The notes beneath the pieces are model-generated. The model searched no databases and was not told the origin of the DNA. It saw only the letters and a list, made by a program, of their open reading frames with translations. A stretch of 64,000 bases of DNA from Antechinus flavipes. Taxonomy: Eukaryota. Location: NCBI RefSeq assembly GCF_016432865.1, contig NC_067403.1, positions 248,372,001 through 248,436,000 on the forward strand. Direction: 5' to 3'. The first letter of the stretch is position 1; each line of letters starts with the position of its first letter. Below are positions 1 to 10,720 of this stretch, piece by piece. Made by a program: the position numbers and the translations under genes.

Positions 1-212
1 CGCTAGCCTCTCGCTGCCTGTGCTAGTCTGTTCCTGGCCCCTCAGGACAAATCTTTCCTGGCGAGCTTCCGGATCGGCTGGTAAGTTGTAGTGCTTCTCC
101 TCTTCATGAATTTAAGCAGTGAAGAGCTATTTTTGAGGCTGGATTAAATAGTTGGTTATGAGAGTAATGAGAGGAGTTTAGAGAGTCGTGTGTGCCTGCT
201 CAGCCATCTTCC
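1..212 (-). mobile_element. 5' end (5'UTR/promoter) of an L1 whose body lies left of the window
   Basis: Reverse complement begins GGAAGATGGCTGAGCAGGCACACACGACTC, the AAGATGGC start typical of L1 5'UTRs; CpG-rich relative to the rest of the window. Confidence 0.65.
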
Positions 213-365
213 ATCTTATTTAATCCTAATAACAATCCTGCAAGACAGGAGCTATTATTGTTCTCATTTTATAGCTGAAGAAACTTGGGCTGAGGACTTT
301 TAAGGGTCAGATCCCTAGTTAATAACTATGGCAGCATTCAAACTCAGTTCTTGATTTCAATTCCA
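213..365 (-). mobile_element. MIR/MAR-type SINE fragment
   Basis: cattttatagctgaagaaact...ggcagcattcaaactcag resembles the antisense CORE-SINE pattern (cattttacagatgaggaaactgagg...gatttgaactcag). Confidence 0.55.
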
Positions 366-2364
366 GATCTCTACATTAAATATGATCAAATGGCTTATGA
401 ATCATAAACTCTTTGAAGATAGATTACCTTATTTTATGTATTTGTTTTCTTATGATAAGCAGAGAATTCAGTGCAAAATAAATATTTATTAAAAGTGGTT
501 CTATTCATTCATCTTCTAGGAAATAAATATGCTAAGAGATGGGAAATCAAAAATAAAAAGTCATTGATTATGCCTATCACTGAGGTTATAAAGAAAAAAC
601 AGTAAGAAACATAATGATCTTGTTAGATTAATGCAAAAGGATATTAATTTTTAAATATGCCTGAATATTATTACAATTTCACATTCCATTTCAAATTTAT
701 TGGTGGAGTGGTAAAGTTTATTTTTTTTTCATACTTTTCAACCCCCATTCATAATGGTCATAATTTGGAAAGGTGAATAAAAATTTACATATTTGCTATA
801 ACTCATTATGGTCCCAGATATCTGGCAGTAATAATACCATGTGAATACAAGAACAGGTACCAAACGTCCCATGGAAATTGTTGAGAGGGATAAAATGAGG
901 GAATCATAGAGTCTTAGAAGCGAGGAGCTCTCAGAAATCATGAAATCCAATCCATGTCCCAAAAGGAATATTCTTTCTAATACCCCAAGCAAGTTGATTC
1001 CCCCATTGAAATTTTAAAGTGAAAGAGAATTCTTCTGCCAAATATAAATTACTTCATTTCTAATTTCCCTCCATCCCACAATCATGTAAATTTTCATTCT
1101 CCAAGATGAATATATTCATTTGGAGCAAATAATTTCTCAATATACTCATGTATGTCATTACATTTTTTTCCCCAAAGTCCTACTATTGACTGGTATTATA
1201 ATATCTGTCCATTAAAACCCACTGAACTTTTAAAAATGAACTATGCCTTTTTTATAGTGACCCATTATTAATTGTTTCAAGGCACAAATAATCGAGATCC
1301 TAAAGGGAGAAAGTAGAGTCAAAATAGTAGAAGAAACATTAAAAACCTACTTTGTATCCAACTGAAATTTCTTGGCTAACATGGACCGTGTTTAAATTTA
1401 GAAAATGACTTAAGAGGGTTTTTTTTCTCTTTTTCATTAACTCATTATTATATAAAAATCTATGATAGAAAGAAATGGAGGCAGAAAGTTCCAAGCAAAT
1501 CAATTTATTAGCAAGGCTAGCAATTATGAATTAAAGGAATCCAAGGCTTTTCTTTAGTCCAGGATACATTTGACAATCAGAGATGCTTTTTTATAGAGTT
1601 AGGTCCTTAAGATTCAGAAGCAGTCCTATGATGCAAAATAAAATGAGTCACAGACACAGAGGAATGATGGACTTTGCTTGGCTTGTCTCAAAGCAGGAAC
1701 TTCCACAACCAAGAGCAACAAGGATTTAAAATTCATTTAACATCCCTTAGAAAGTCTCAGACTAGACAAACATCATATGAACAGCATGATTCATCTCTGT
1801 CAATGGTAAAAATATAAGAAACTTGAATTTTTACCATTGGACTTAAGCCCATATGAATAGAATAAATTCTTTTAAATTTTACTGATTCGGCTAACACAAT
1901 TTTCTAAATTTGATCCACCAGATTAATTCCAGTGACTGGATACAATTATCAATCAAGAATTAATAAAGTTCAAAATAAAGTAGGTATCAGTTTTCAATTT
2001 CATACCACCCTCTGAAGGGAATTGTTCCTGGAAAATCAATTTACATACTGATAGTATAATACTTCTCAAGTCTCTGCTAATATGATAAAAAAAAAAAGTC
2101 TCAAGCCAGTAAAAAATAATTCATTGGTCAGATTTTTTATTTCATAATCCAGAAAATTCAAATATTTTAAGATCACATGAATTCCTATTCAAACATAGAA
2201 ACACATAAAGCACCCAAGAACCTTTTAGCTAAAAAGGAATTGATTGACATCAGGATACTGACTTTGCATTAAACTACCTCTCTCCCATAGGATCATTGAA
2301 AGTCCCTTCCAGCCTCTTGTAACCCTTCAATTGTTTATATTCTTTCCTAAAGACTGACATATTG

Positions 2365-2988
2365 TGGTGGTGTATTTGAGCCAGCTCCAACTGTTTTGAA
2401 AAACAGATAATTTAAATTTGATCCTCAGTATTTAAATGTAGAATGTAATGGGCTGAGGCTTGAGTTGATGCACTGAGGGCCCAAGCATATGAGGCTAAAT
2501 AGTAATTGGACCATACTCTATTAATATATATGCTTGGAGAAAGAATGGCCCCCCCACTCTTTATGCAAGTCCTGATGTTTTGTATAGGAAATGATGTTTT
2601 TGGTGAGTGGAGGCAAGGGAGTGGAAAAGGAAGCAGAAGGAGAGACTGCTGGCTAGCGTCTTGACACAGCTGCTCGCATTGCTATTGTGACTGCCCTTGA
2701 CCTCCGATCCCCCTCTGCTAGCTGGCTTCCTGTTGCAGCTGCCCATATTGCTATTGCAATCCTTCTTCACCTCTTCAATAAAGATTGAAGATTTTTCCCT
2801 TAACCTGAATTACTGACTCTGGCTGATTTTAAATACACAATCATTACAGTAGAAATCAGTAAATGATACAAATCAAGCCTTAATTCATTGTTTTGTTGTT
2901 AATTCATAAATTGATGGAGAAAATAATATGGATTAAATTTTAAAATTTGTCATGGATAAAGTTTGCTTTTTTCTCTTCTCAGCGAGCT
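2365..2988 (+). mobile_element. MER63-like hAT (Blackjack-type) MITE, split by a solo LTR and with a disrupted right TIR
   Basis: Left end tggtggtgtatttgagccagct resembles TIR CAGTGGTGTGCTGGAGCCGGCT; internal tacaaatcaagcc..ttcattgttttgttg..gatggagaaaat..gattaaattt matches the MER63 consensus as I recall it. Last TIR bases (acacctctg) appear at 3210-3218. Confidence 0.6.
2444..2848 (+). mobile_element. Solo LTR (class II/ERVK-like family)
   Basis: TGTAAT...ATTACA termini, AATAAA at ~2777, perfect 6 bp TSD GTAGAA (2438-2443 / 2849-2854); same family as LTR at 49790-50137. Confidence 0.9.
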
Positions 2989-3175
2989 CTCTGAGAAAAA
3001 GAAAGATATAGAACTAAAGCCATTTTCCTCTCACGTCTTTCATAAAAGCTTTCTTGAACTCTTATATTGTTCCTTAGATAATAAACCGGAGGATTCAATA
3101 GGAAGGTGATCATGGCATAGAATACAGACACCATTTTGTTTATGTCCATTGAATGCCTTGAACTGTATTGAAGCT
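2989..3175 (-). pseudogene. Olfactory receptor 3' fragment (ECL3-TM7-C-terminus only)
   Basis: Translates as ..QYSSRHSMDINKMVSVFYAMITFLLNPPVYYLRN.., then after a frameshift ..KAFMKDVRGKWL*; homologous to the 3' end of the neighbouring ORs; no upstream OR sequence. Confidence 0.85.
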
Positions 3176-3184
3176 CCCTCAATG

Positions 3185-3227
3185 CCCCTAAATCAGAGGT
3201 GTTTTAGGGACACCTCTGATTTAGAGG
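3185..3227. repeat. Inverted repeat at a rearrangement junction
   Basis: CTAAATCAGAGGTGT (3188-3202) + 7 nt loop + ACACCTCTGATTTAG (3210-3224): perfect 15 bp arms, extending to ~18 bp with one mismatch. Confidence 0.95.
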
Positions 3228-3753
3228 TTGCTGAATAAGGAATGCCAATACCATCAAAGGTACACTTCCCAAGTGACTCTATGACTTTGCCCTCCAAAAA
3301 TTATGTTGTTCAAAAAGATGGGGATTGTTTTTTTCTTTCTAGAAAAATAATAGCTAGAATCTCTATGTAATGTCTGTCTGTATGTATATACATATGTACC
3401 ATTCATTCCACAACACTTATAAGAAATGGGATACTATTAAGCCCCATCATACATGAGGAAAATGAGGCAGAATTTTTCATTTACTTGTCTAGGGCTAAGC
3501 AATATGAAAGTACACAAGACAGAATTTAAATTCAGGGCTCTCTTAACTCCATGTCTATTGCATTCTCAACTACGTGATATTGCCTCTTACAAAGTTTGGA
3601 TTACACTCCTTTGTACATAAGAAAAATAACTTGACTGGGAGGGACTGGATCCTAGAGTTGGGGAAGATATGTTGCAAATACACAGAGATTTTCTTTCTTT
3701 AAAAGATATACGTTGGATTTTCTTTCTTTAAAAAAAGAACTATCTATTTAAAG

Positions 3754-4674
3754 TCATCTTCCTCTCACAGTTTTCATAAAAGCATTCTTGACATCTTTGT
3801 TCCTCATACTATAGACCAGAGGGTTCAACATAGGGATGACGATGGTGTAGAATATAGACACTGTTTTATCTATGTCCATTGAATGGCTAGAGCTGGGTTG
3901 CAGGTACATGAAGATGATTGTCCCATAAAATACAGACACTGCTGTGAGATGGGAAGCACAAGTGGAGAAGGCTTTCTGGCGGCCTTCAGCAGAATGGATC
4001 TTCAGGATGGTGATGAAGATTAAGAAGTATGAAGTGAAGATAATGATAAATGGAAAAAAGACAGTGATTGACCCTAAGATAAAAAATACTGACTCCGTCT
4101 TATGAATATCAGAGCAAGAAAGAACTAAAAGAGGAGGAATATCACAGAAAAAGTGGTGGACTATGTTGGACCTACAGAAGGAAAGGCTAAAAGTATTTCC
4201 TATAATTATTGATGAGGTTAAAAGACCACAGATGTGAGTGCCACTGGCCAGAATTGCACATAGTGTTGAAGTCATGGTAGTAGTATAATGTAGGGGCTTA
4301 CACACAGCTGCATGGCGATCATAGGCCATGGAGGCTAAGAGGAAACTTTCAGTAGTAGCAAAAGCCCCAACAAAGAACAATTGTGTAGCACATCCATTAT
4401 AAGAGATGATTTTATCCCCTTTGAGAAGCCCAGCCATCACCTTAGGAGTAACAGCCGACAAGTAGCCAAAATCCACCAGAGAGAGGTTACTGAGGAAAAA
4501 GTACATAGGAGTATGGAGATGGGAATCCCAGGAGATCAAAGCTACTATGCCCAGGTTCCCAACCAAGGTGATGAGATAGATGAAGGTGAACATGATGAAG
4601 AGAGGGACCTGAAGCTCTGCATCATCTGTTATTCCTAGAAGGATAAACTCATTCACTTTTGATCTGTTTTCCAT
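3754..4674 (-). CDS. OR5B: Olfactory receptor, family 5 subfamily B-like (OR-1), 306 aa
   Basis: Intact single-exon ORF with N-glycosylation [56 protein letters not shown] motifs. The ORF track starts at a GTG (4683); first ATG is 4674. Subfamily assigned by motif recall, orthology not determined. Confidence 0.93.
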   Translation of the reverse strand: MENRSKVNEFILLGITDDAELQVPLFIMFTFIYLITLVGNLGIVALISWDSHLHTPMYFFLSNLSLVDFGYLSAVTPKVMAGLLKGDKIISYNGCATQLFFVGAFATTESFLLASMAYDRHAAVCKPLHYTTTMTSTLCAILASGTHICGLLTSSIIIGNTFSLSFCRSNIVHHFFCDIPPLLVLSCSDIHKTESVFFILGSITVFFPFIIIFTSYFLIFITILKIHSAEGRQKAFSTCASHLTAVSVFYGTIIFMYLQPSSSHSMDIDKTVSIFYTIVIPMLNPLVYSMRNKDVKNAFMKTVRGR

Positions 4675-4703
4675 AGATGTCACTTGAGAATAATGTCATC
4701 CAT

Positions 4704-4722
4704 CTGAAAGAAAAGAGTAGTC
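4704..4722 (-). promoter_or_regulatory. 3' splice acceptor just upstream of OR-1 start (paralogous sites at 12931, 29931, 41292, 52786, 57520)
   Basis: Minus strand ctactcttttctttCAG|; a polypyrimidine+CAG lies 20-30 nt before the ATG in all six units; 5'UTR introns are standard for OR genes. Confidence 0.75.
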
Positions 4723-7700
4723 ACCAGAAAACCCAGTTTGCATGATATATTTATCAAACTCCAAGATATAAAACATAGTCAGAGACTTATCTTAAGTGAG
4801 GGATAGAAATAAGGAATTCAGAGACCAAATACACCTAGATAGTTGTCACAGAAATTATTCTAGGTTCTCAAAATTCATTGATCAATTTTCTCATAGAGAG
4901 TCCTTCATGCATTTCTTCTCACAAGTTTTTTATCTACTCCATATTAACCAATCACCAAAATGTTATTTTTCCCTTCAAGAAGGGGAAGTACCTTATTTTC
5001 TGGCAAAAATCTGCATTCAAAAATGAATTATTCTTTGTTAGAGTTGGAGTGAATTTTTTCTTTTAATATGCTTCATTCTGATGAATAAAAAGAGAAAAGG
5101 GGAATAAAGCAAAAAAAATAATAAAATAAGAAAAAAAAATTTAAAAGACAGAGAAGGAAGAAGAATCAAAGAAAGTTTGACTGGGATTTTGCTACAATGC
5201 TGCTTAGTCCCAGAATTATAGTGACTGAAAGTTCTGTGCAATGAACTGAAGTGGCCAGTTCCTGAAGAGGAACAGATGTCAGTAGATACCAGTTGCATAG
5301 TTGTGGGAGTCATGGTCAAAATGTCAATGATTGATCATATAAGTATAAATGTATGATTTCTAAATTTGTTTCCTTCACACACATTTTTCCTTTTTAAATT
5401 TTCCACCATTGCCATTGTAAAAGCAGAAGATGGCTACAAACAGGAACAGTTTATACGTTAATTCACTATTCACTTTTCTGGGTCCCAAAGAAATCACAAC
5501 TACAGAATGTATTTCCCTATTTCAATGTCAGTTCTCTACTCTTTTGATTATCTCTAATTTAACTTGGATATAGTTTGTTATTCACACATTATCTTCGCAT
5601 TATGCATTATTTGAAGGCAAAAACTGTATTTTATTTTTCTTTGTTTGCTCAGTGTTTAACTTGGTTCTGGGATACAGAGCAGAAACTTAATAAATGCTTA
5701 TTGTCTTACTGGTTGTTTAATAGTAATCCAGTGGCCTTTGAGCATGAGATAAATATATAATCCATTTTTAGCATTATTATAAGCATTTACTATTGGGAAA
5801 AGTCTGCCATGTACACCACTTATACTTAGAGTATTTAGTTTCATCTCTTCCACAATGAGTCATGAGAAGTTTTCACACAAGTTGTAAATAGATTTCAATA
5901 TGCTGTCTCCTGTATCTTAAAAAAAAAAAAAAAAGAGATGGTAAACAGAATTAGAGATTCAAATCACCTTAGTTCCTCAGAGAACATCTGCCTCAGTTTA
6001 CTTGTGACTAGAACTCATCTCTACCAAAAAAAAAAAACTGTCAAAAGTCATGTAATATTGGAAAAAGAAAAGAACAAGTAAACTAGCAAAAATGAAAGAT
6101 AAGTGATATAAATACATACATACATACATATATGCCTCTTGGCCTCCCCTAGGAATTATATCTAGCTAGAAGATATATTAGACTTTCTAGACTCTCCAAA
6201 ACAGGAAAACAAATCTAACTGGAAAGGTAACATTTAGACTTGGATAATAAAACTCAAAACTGGAATATAATTCTTGAAAGATTTTCCCCTTATTTCAATG
6301 ACAAGTGGTAGAAAGCAGCAGGATCTTGTATTTTTTTTTTATTAGACTGGGAAAATATAGTTATATGAAGAAATCCAGGAACCATGGGGAAACGTGGTGA
6401 AAAGCACCATGGTTATTATCAGTACTGAAGGAGTGTTTGATTATCTGGGCATCTGCCATAAAGTTCTCTCTTATTCTGCCTCTCTCATTCTATCTCTCTG
6501 TCTTTCAATCTTGTTCTCTGTCTCTCTGTATCTTTGCATTTTTGTCTGTGTCTGTCTTTCCCTGTCTTTGTTACCTCCCTTTTTTATCTGCTTACTTCTC
6601 TGTGTGCTCTCTTTTCCTTTATCTATTACACATGCATCTCTCTGCCTCTCTTCCCAAAGAAGAGCTTTAGCTTTTTTGTGAAAATGAATTTTTTTATCCA
6701 TTGAAAGTGCAAAAATTAAGGAATACCTATGAGGAAATTCTATTATTCATTTGATTATCATAATTGAGAGGAAATTGTTAGGTAGAATCAAAATAAATGG
6801 GAATATTACAAGAGTAGAATGAAAGTAATTAAATTACTCTGAAGCTTGAGAGAGATTAAAAAAAAAAAAAAACACAAGCAAAAATGTCTATTAAGCTTAA
6901 GAGTCAATTCCAGGCATTTTAGCAGAAGGATAAAATAAGATCCTATGTATCAATTCTTTAGGGAGCTAAATTTGAAATGAGGGAATAGAAACATTTCAAA
7001 AATGAAATTGAAGATATAAGGGGGAAATTTATAATTATACAGATTAAAATGAGAAAAAAATTTCAGAACAGAAATAAATGAGTGGTAACCAGGAATGAAT
7101 GCAAAAGCAGATCTTATGTTACAGAAATAGAGTCAGGGAAATTTCAGGGCTCAAAATGAATTGGGGGAGACCCAGAAAGCAGATAACTACAAATAGATTG
7201 GTATTTTTTTTGAAAAAAAATGATTATTTATGGAAACAAAGGATAATTAAAAAAAAAAAAGAACTGGACTGATTTTCTGGACAGGTAAGGCAAGTACAAT
7301 GAATGAGAAGAAAAGACAGAGCTCTTCAGTTTTATTTTTCTTCTATTTTCTCTTGCAATGAAAAATATTTCTAGATTTAGAAAAAGAGAAGTGTAACTAA
7401 TAGCAGGTTGCTGCCAAAGATAACAAGGACTTGCACTTATAGTGGAGTGAAGGAAAATAGCATTTATACAGCATATATTATATGTCAAGCACCCTGCTGC
7501 ACTTTATAAATATTCTCACAACCTTGTAAAGTTGTAATTATTCACATTTTAAAATTGAGACATATAGAAGTTAAATGACTTTCCCAGAATTGCTGCTTAA
7601 GTATCTATGAGCATTTGAGCTCAGAACATCTTAATTCCAGTCCTACTGCTCTACCCACTCTACCAGAGCTGCTTCTTTAAAGTTTACAATGTATTTTAAA

Positions 7701-7784
7701 TATATTGGATCATTTGAACCCTACAACAATTTTGTAACTAACATACATAGCAAATAAGAAAGCCAATTTGACCTTGCATTGAAG

Positions 7785-8250
7785 GGAGAGATAGAGTATC
7801 CAAACATACAATGGTAGTCCTCTCTATTCTGCACTTGGAGCACATTTCAGAATTTCATTCATTCAGACTAGAGATCTTCCAGAGAAGCTCAACCAGCATG
7901 ACAAAGGATTTTGAAATTTGGCCATATGGGGATTGATGGAACAAACTCAGGGTTTTTAGTTCAGAGATGCTAAACTACATAGATGCCAGGATAGAGGATT
8001 GGATTGAAAATTTCTTGAAGCATATGAAGAACTGAGATATAGAAAAAGGATTTAGTTTGTTTTATTTGTACCAAAAAAAAAAAAAAAACCCAGCAACAAA
8101 GGGAAAAGTTTGAGAAGAAACAAATTTAAGCGTGATGTAAGAAAAACATTCTAAAAACATTGTTATTCAGAAGTAAAAAGGGCTTCCTTAACATGTACTG
8201 GATTTCCTATTTCTTGAAATCTTTAGGGGACTGTTTGGCCTCTTCTTTAA
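7785..8250 (+). mobile_element. CR1/L3 LINE 3' fragment (ancestral to the duplication units)
   Basis: ctctctattctgcacttggagcacattt...accagcatgacaaagg...ccatatggggattgatgg...aaatttaagcgtgatgtaagaaaaacattct resembles the L3/CR1 3' end; paralogous copies at ~45105 and ~60345. Confidence 0.65.
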
Positions 8251-8269
8251 CATATCACAAACATAATCA

Positions 8270-8431
8270 NNNNNNNNNNNNNNNNNNNNNNNNNNNNNNN
8301 NNNNNNNNNNNNNNNNNNNNNNNNNNNNNNNNNNNNNNNNNNNNNNNNNNNNNNNNNNNNNNNNNNNNNNNNNNNNNNNNNNNNNNNNNNNNNNNNNNNN
8401 NNNNNNNNNNNNNNNNNNNNNNNNNNNNNNN
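8270..8431. other. Assembly gap (162 N)
   Basis: Run of N in the sequence. Confidence 1.
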
Positions 8432-10427
8432 AGGCAGAGAATTACAGAATTACAGAAAGAGAGACAAAGGTGGACATTATTGTTCATTTCATAGGAAAAT
8501 TTAGCACTTTTTGTCACTGTGATTATACATGTCATTTCAATTCACAGCCTCATTTCACTCATATGTCAAAAGAAGATAAAATTGATGACACCTACATTAT
8601 AGTACTGTTTTGAGTCTAGACTGTGAAGTACTTTGAAAATTTCAAGCTTTCTTTAAATGTTGTCTACTGTTGTTTTAATTATTAATACTTCTACTACCTG
8701 TGTTATCTGTCAAAAATATCTTACGTTCTTTTATCCCTAGAATACTATGGAGCTCTCCTTGCTCGTCAATAAAGGAAAAAATATCAGACTAGATAACGTC
8801 TGAGATCCTTTCCAGTTGTAAATTCATCATCCTATGATACTTTGCAACTCTGTTAATTTAGACACTTATCATTCTTCATTGTCCTGCTGTAAAATAACTT
8901 CTTTCTAATGGGGTTGATGTGGGATTTCTAAGCAATTAGAAAATAAATACCTGTTTCATTGACTATTCAAAGAGTAGAAAAAAGTCAACTTTTACAACAA
9001 ATACAATCAATCATTTTTAATATAATAGGAACAATATTAAATATAATACATATTTATTATGATTTATAGTAATATTGATGTCATATATGGTACTGAAGCC
9101 ATTTTGATGATTGATATTATTGAATCAAACAATGTGTAGACATAGTATATGATAATCCTTCTCAGTGATGTATTCCAAGTTGAATCAAGAGACTTGCATT
9201 TTTATGTCTTGAGAGAGCTGTTCTTAATCTCCACGGCTGACAAGGAAATTGAATTTCTATTCAGAAATATCTATTTTTGGTGGATAGTACTATTTTGTTA
9301 AGAATTTTTGGTTAGGAGCATGAAAATTTGGATTGTAATCTTGCCATGAAATGCAATAATTTCTTCTGTAACCTCATAGAAATTAATCAAGCCTTTTATA
9401 CTTTTTTTGAAAAAAAATAATTAAAAACATAAATACAAAATAGATAAAGGAAATAAATTGCTATGTGTACAGCATAACAAAAAGAGGATTCAAAATATTA
9501 AGCAATAAATTTGCCTTTTGTACTTCTATCTTTCTTATTTGGAAAATAGGAAGAATATTTCTCCAGGTATGGAGGCCACATAGTGCCTGTGAGGAAGATG
9601 TTTGCCAAGATTCAAATGCTGTAGAAATGACCTACCATTGTCAGTTCTGTACTCTTCTAAACTTTGTTATCAACCCACTTCCTCAAGAATTGAATTCAAT
9701 ATCCTGCACACAATATGCCTTTAATCAAGTTAATTGTTAACAATGTAATTATTATCAAGCAGAAAATTGTTTAATTTTGTGTTTATTAGGAGTATACAGT
9801 TTCCCATCGTTCAAATTGCTCCTTTGCTAGCTGAAGAATGATGAGCTTGAAAAGCTACAAGTAGTAGATAAAAGTGGATAATGGATAATAGCTATTATTA
9901 TTTATAATAATATATATTATGTTATTGGATATAAATATATCCAATATGTATATTAGATATATTGGATATTTAAATACAATTTATATGCATGAGTTCATTT
10001 GAATCTGGAGAAAACCCTATGAGAAAAGTATCACAGGTATAATTATACACTATTTTTGAATAAGGAAATGGAAGCCAAGCAACTTACCCATGATGAGAGT
10101 GAGTTAGTTATCTCAGAGATAATGAAGAATTTTATCCAGGTCTATCCTATCTCCAGGTCTAGTTGTATTATGTTTCTGTCTCCATGAGCACTATAACCTT
10201 GGATTGATATCCTACAACCTCCCTGGTCTGATTATGGATAAAGGTGGCCATGACTCCAAAGACAAAAGTTAACAAAGAACTTTATATTCAGTGGTTGACC
10301 TTGAAGTCCTAAGCTTAGGGAGCCTCTGATCTCACGGAGAAATTATTTGCTAGTCACTGGGGCAAAGAGTTCAAAGTTTTCTAATAGCAGAATGGTCATT
10401 TTTTTTTATCATTGTTTTGGCATTGTT

Positions 10428-10720
10428 ACCCTTCATTTAGCTCATTTTCAGCAAATAGAAAACAAATTAGGTGGATAAATAAATGAGTTGGGGAATTTGA
10501 CCCACCACAGTGCTGAAATCTATAATGGAATCTATAATGTTTCAGTATCAGTAGCAAAAATTGGAGATGAGGCATGGTCTTTATGAAGATCTTGGAGTCC
10601 TTCAACTCTTGGGAGATGGTGGTCCCTTGGAGATACCTGGCAGCTCTACTGCCAATTCAAGAACAAAATAAGCCATTAAATTCTGCTCTCACAATGGGGA
10701 AAAAGAGTATTTTCTCATGG
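10428..10720 (-). promoter_or_regulatory. Candidate OR-1 promoter and first non-coding exon
   Basis: Block conserved in four units: HD-type site (cattaa 10674-10679 = TTAATG), paired O/E-like sites (ctcttgggag 10606-10615 = TCCCAAGAG on minus; tcccttggag 10623-10632), donor AAGG|GTAAC at 10429. Confidence 0.55.

Noticed and set aside
738-992. 84 aa minus-strand ORF and other short ORF-track entries
   Set aside because: No recognisable motifs and not conserved in the paralogous blocks at ~27200 and ~50400.
3203-3209. TTTAGGG in the palindrome loop
   Set aside because: A single plant-type telomere heptamer; it is simply complementary to CCCTAAA in the left arm and has no telomeric meaning here.
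4675-4683. GTG start of OR-1 given by the ORF track (309 aa)
   Set aside because: A eukaryotic gene would normally use the ATG at 4674; the GTG is a mutated ancestral ATG.
6394-6701. Overlapping 75-125 aa ORFs on both strands (also ~14490-14910, ~30300-30715, ~43605-43940, ~59075-59335)
   Set aside because: They arise from a decayed TC/TCTG-rich low-complexity block present in each unit; frames and starts are not conserved between paralogues.
8160-8535. 114-115 aa ORFs containing X runs
   Set aside because: Artefacts of translating through the N gap.
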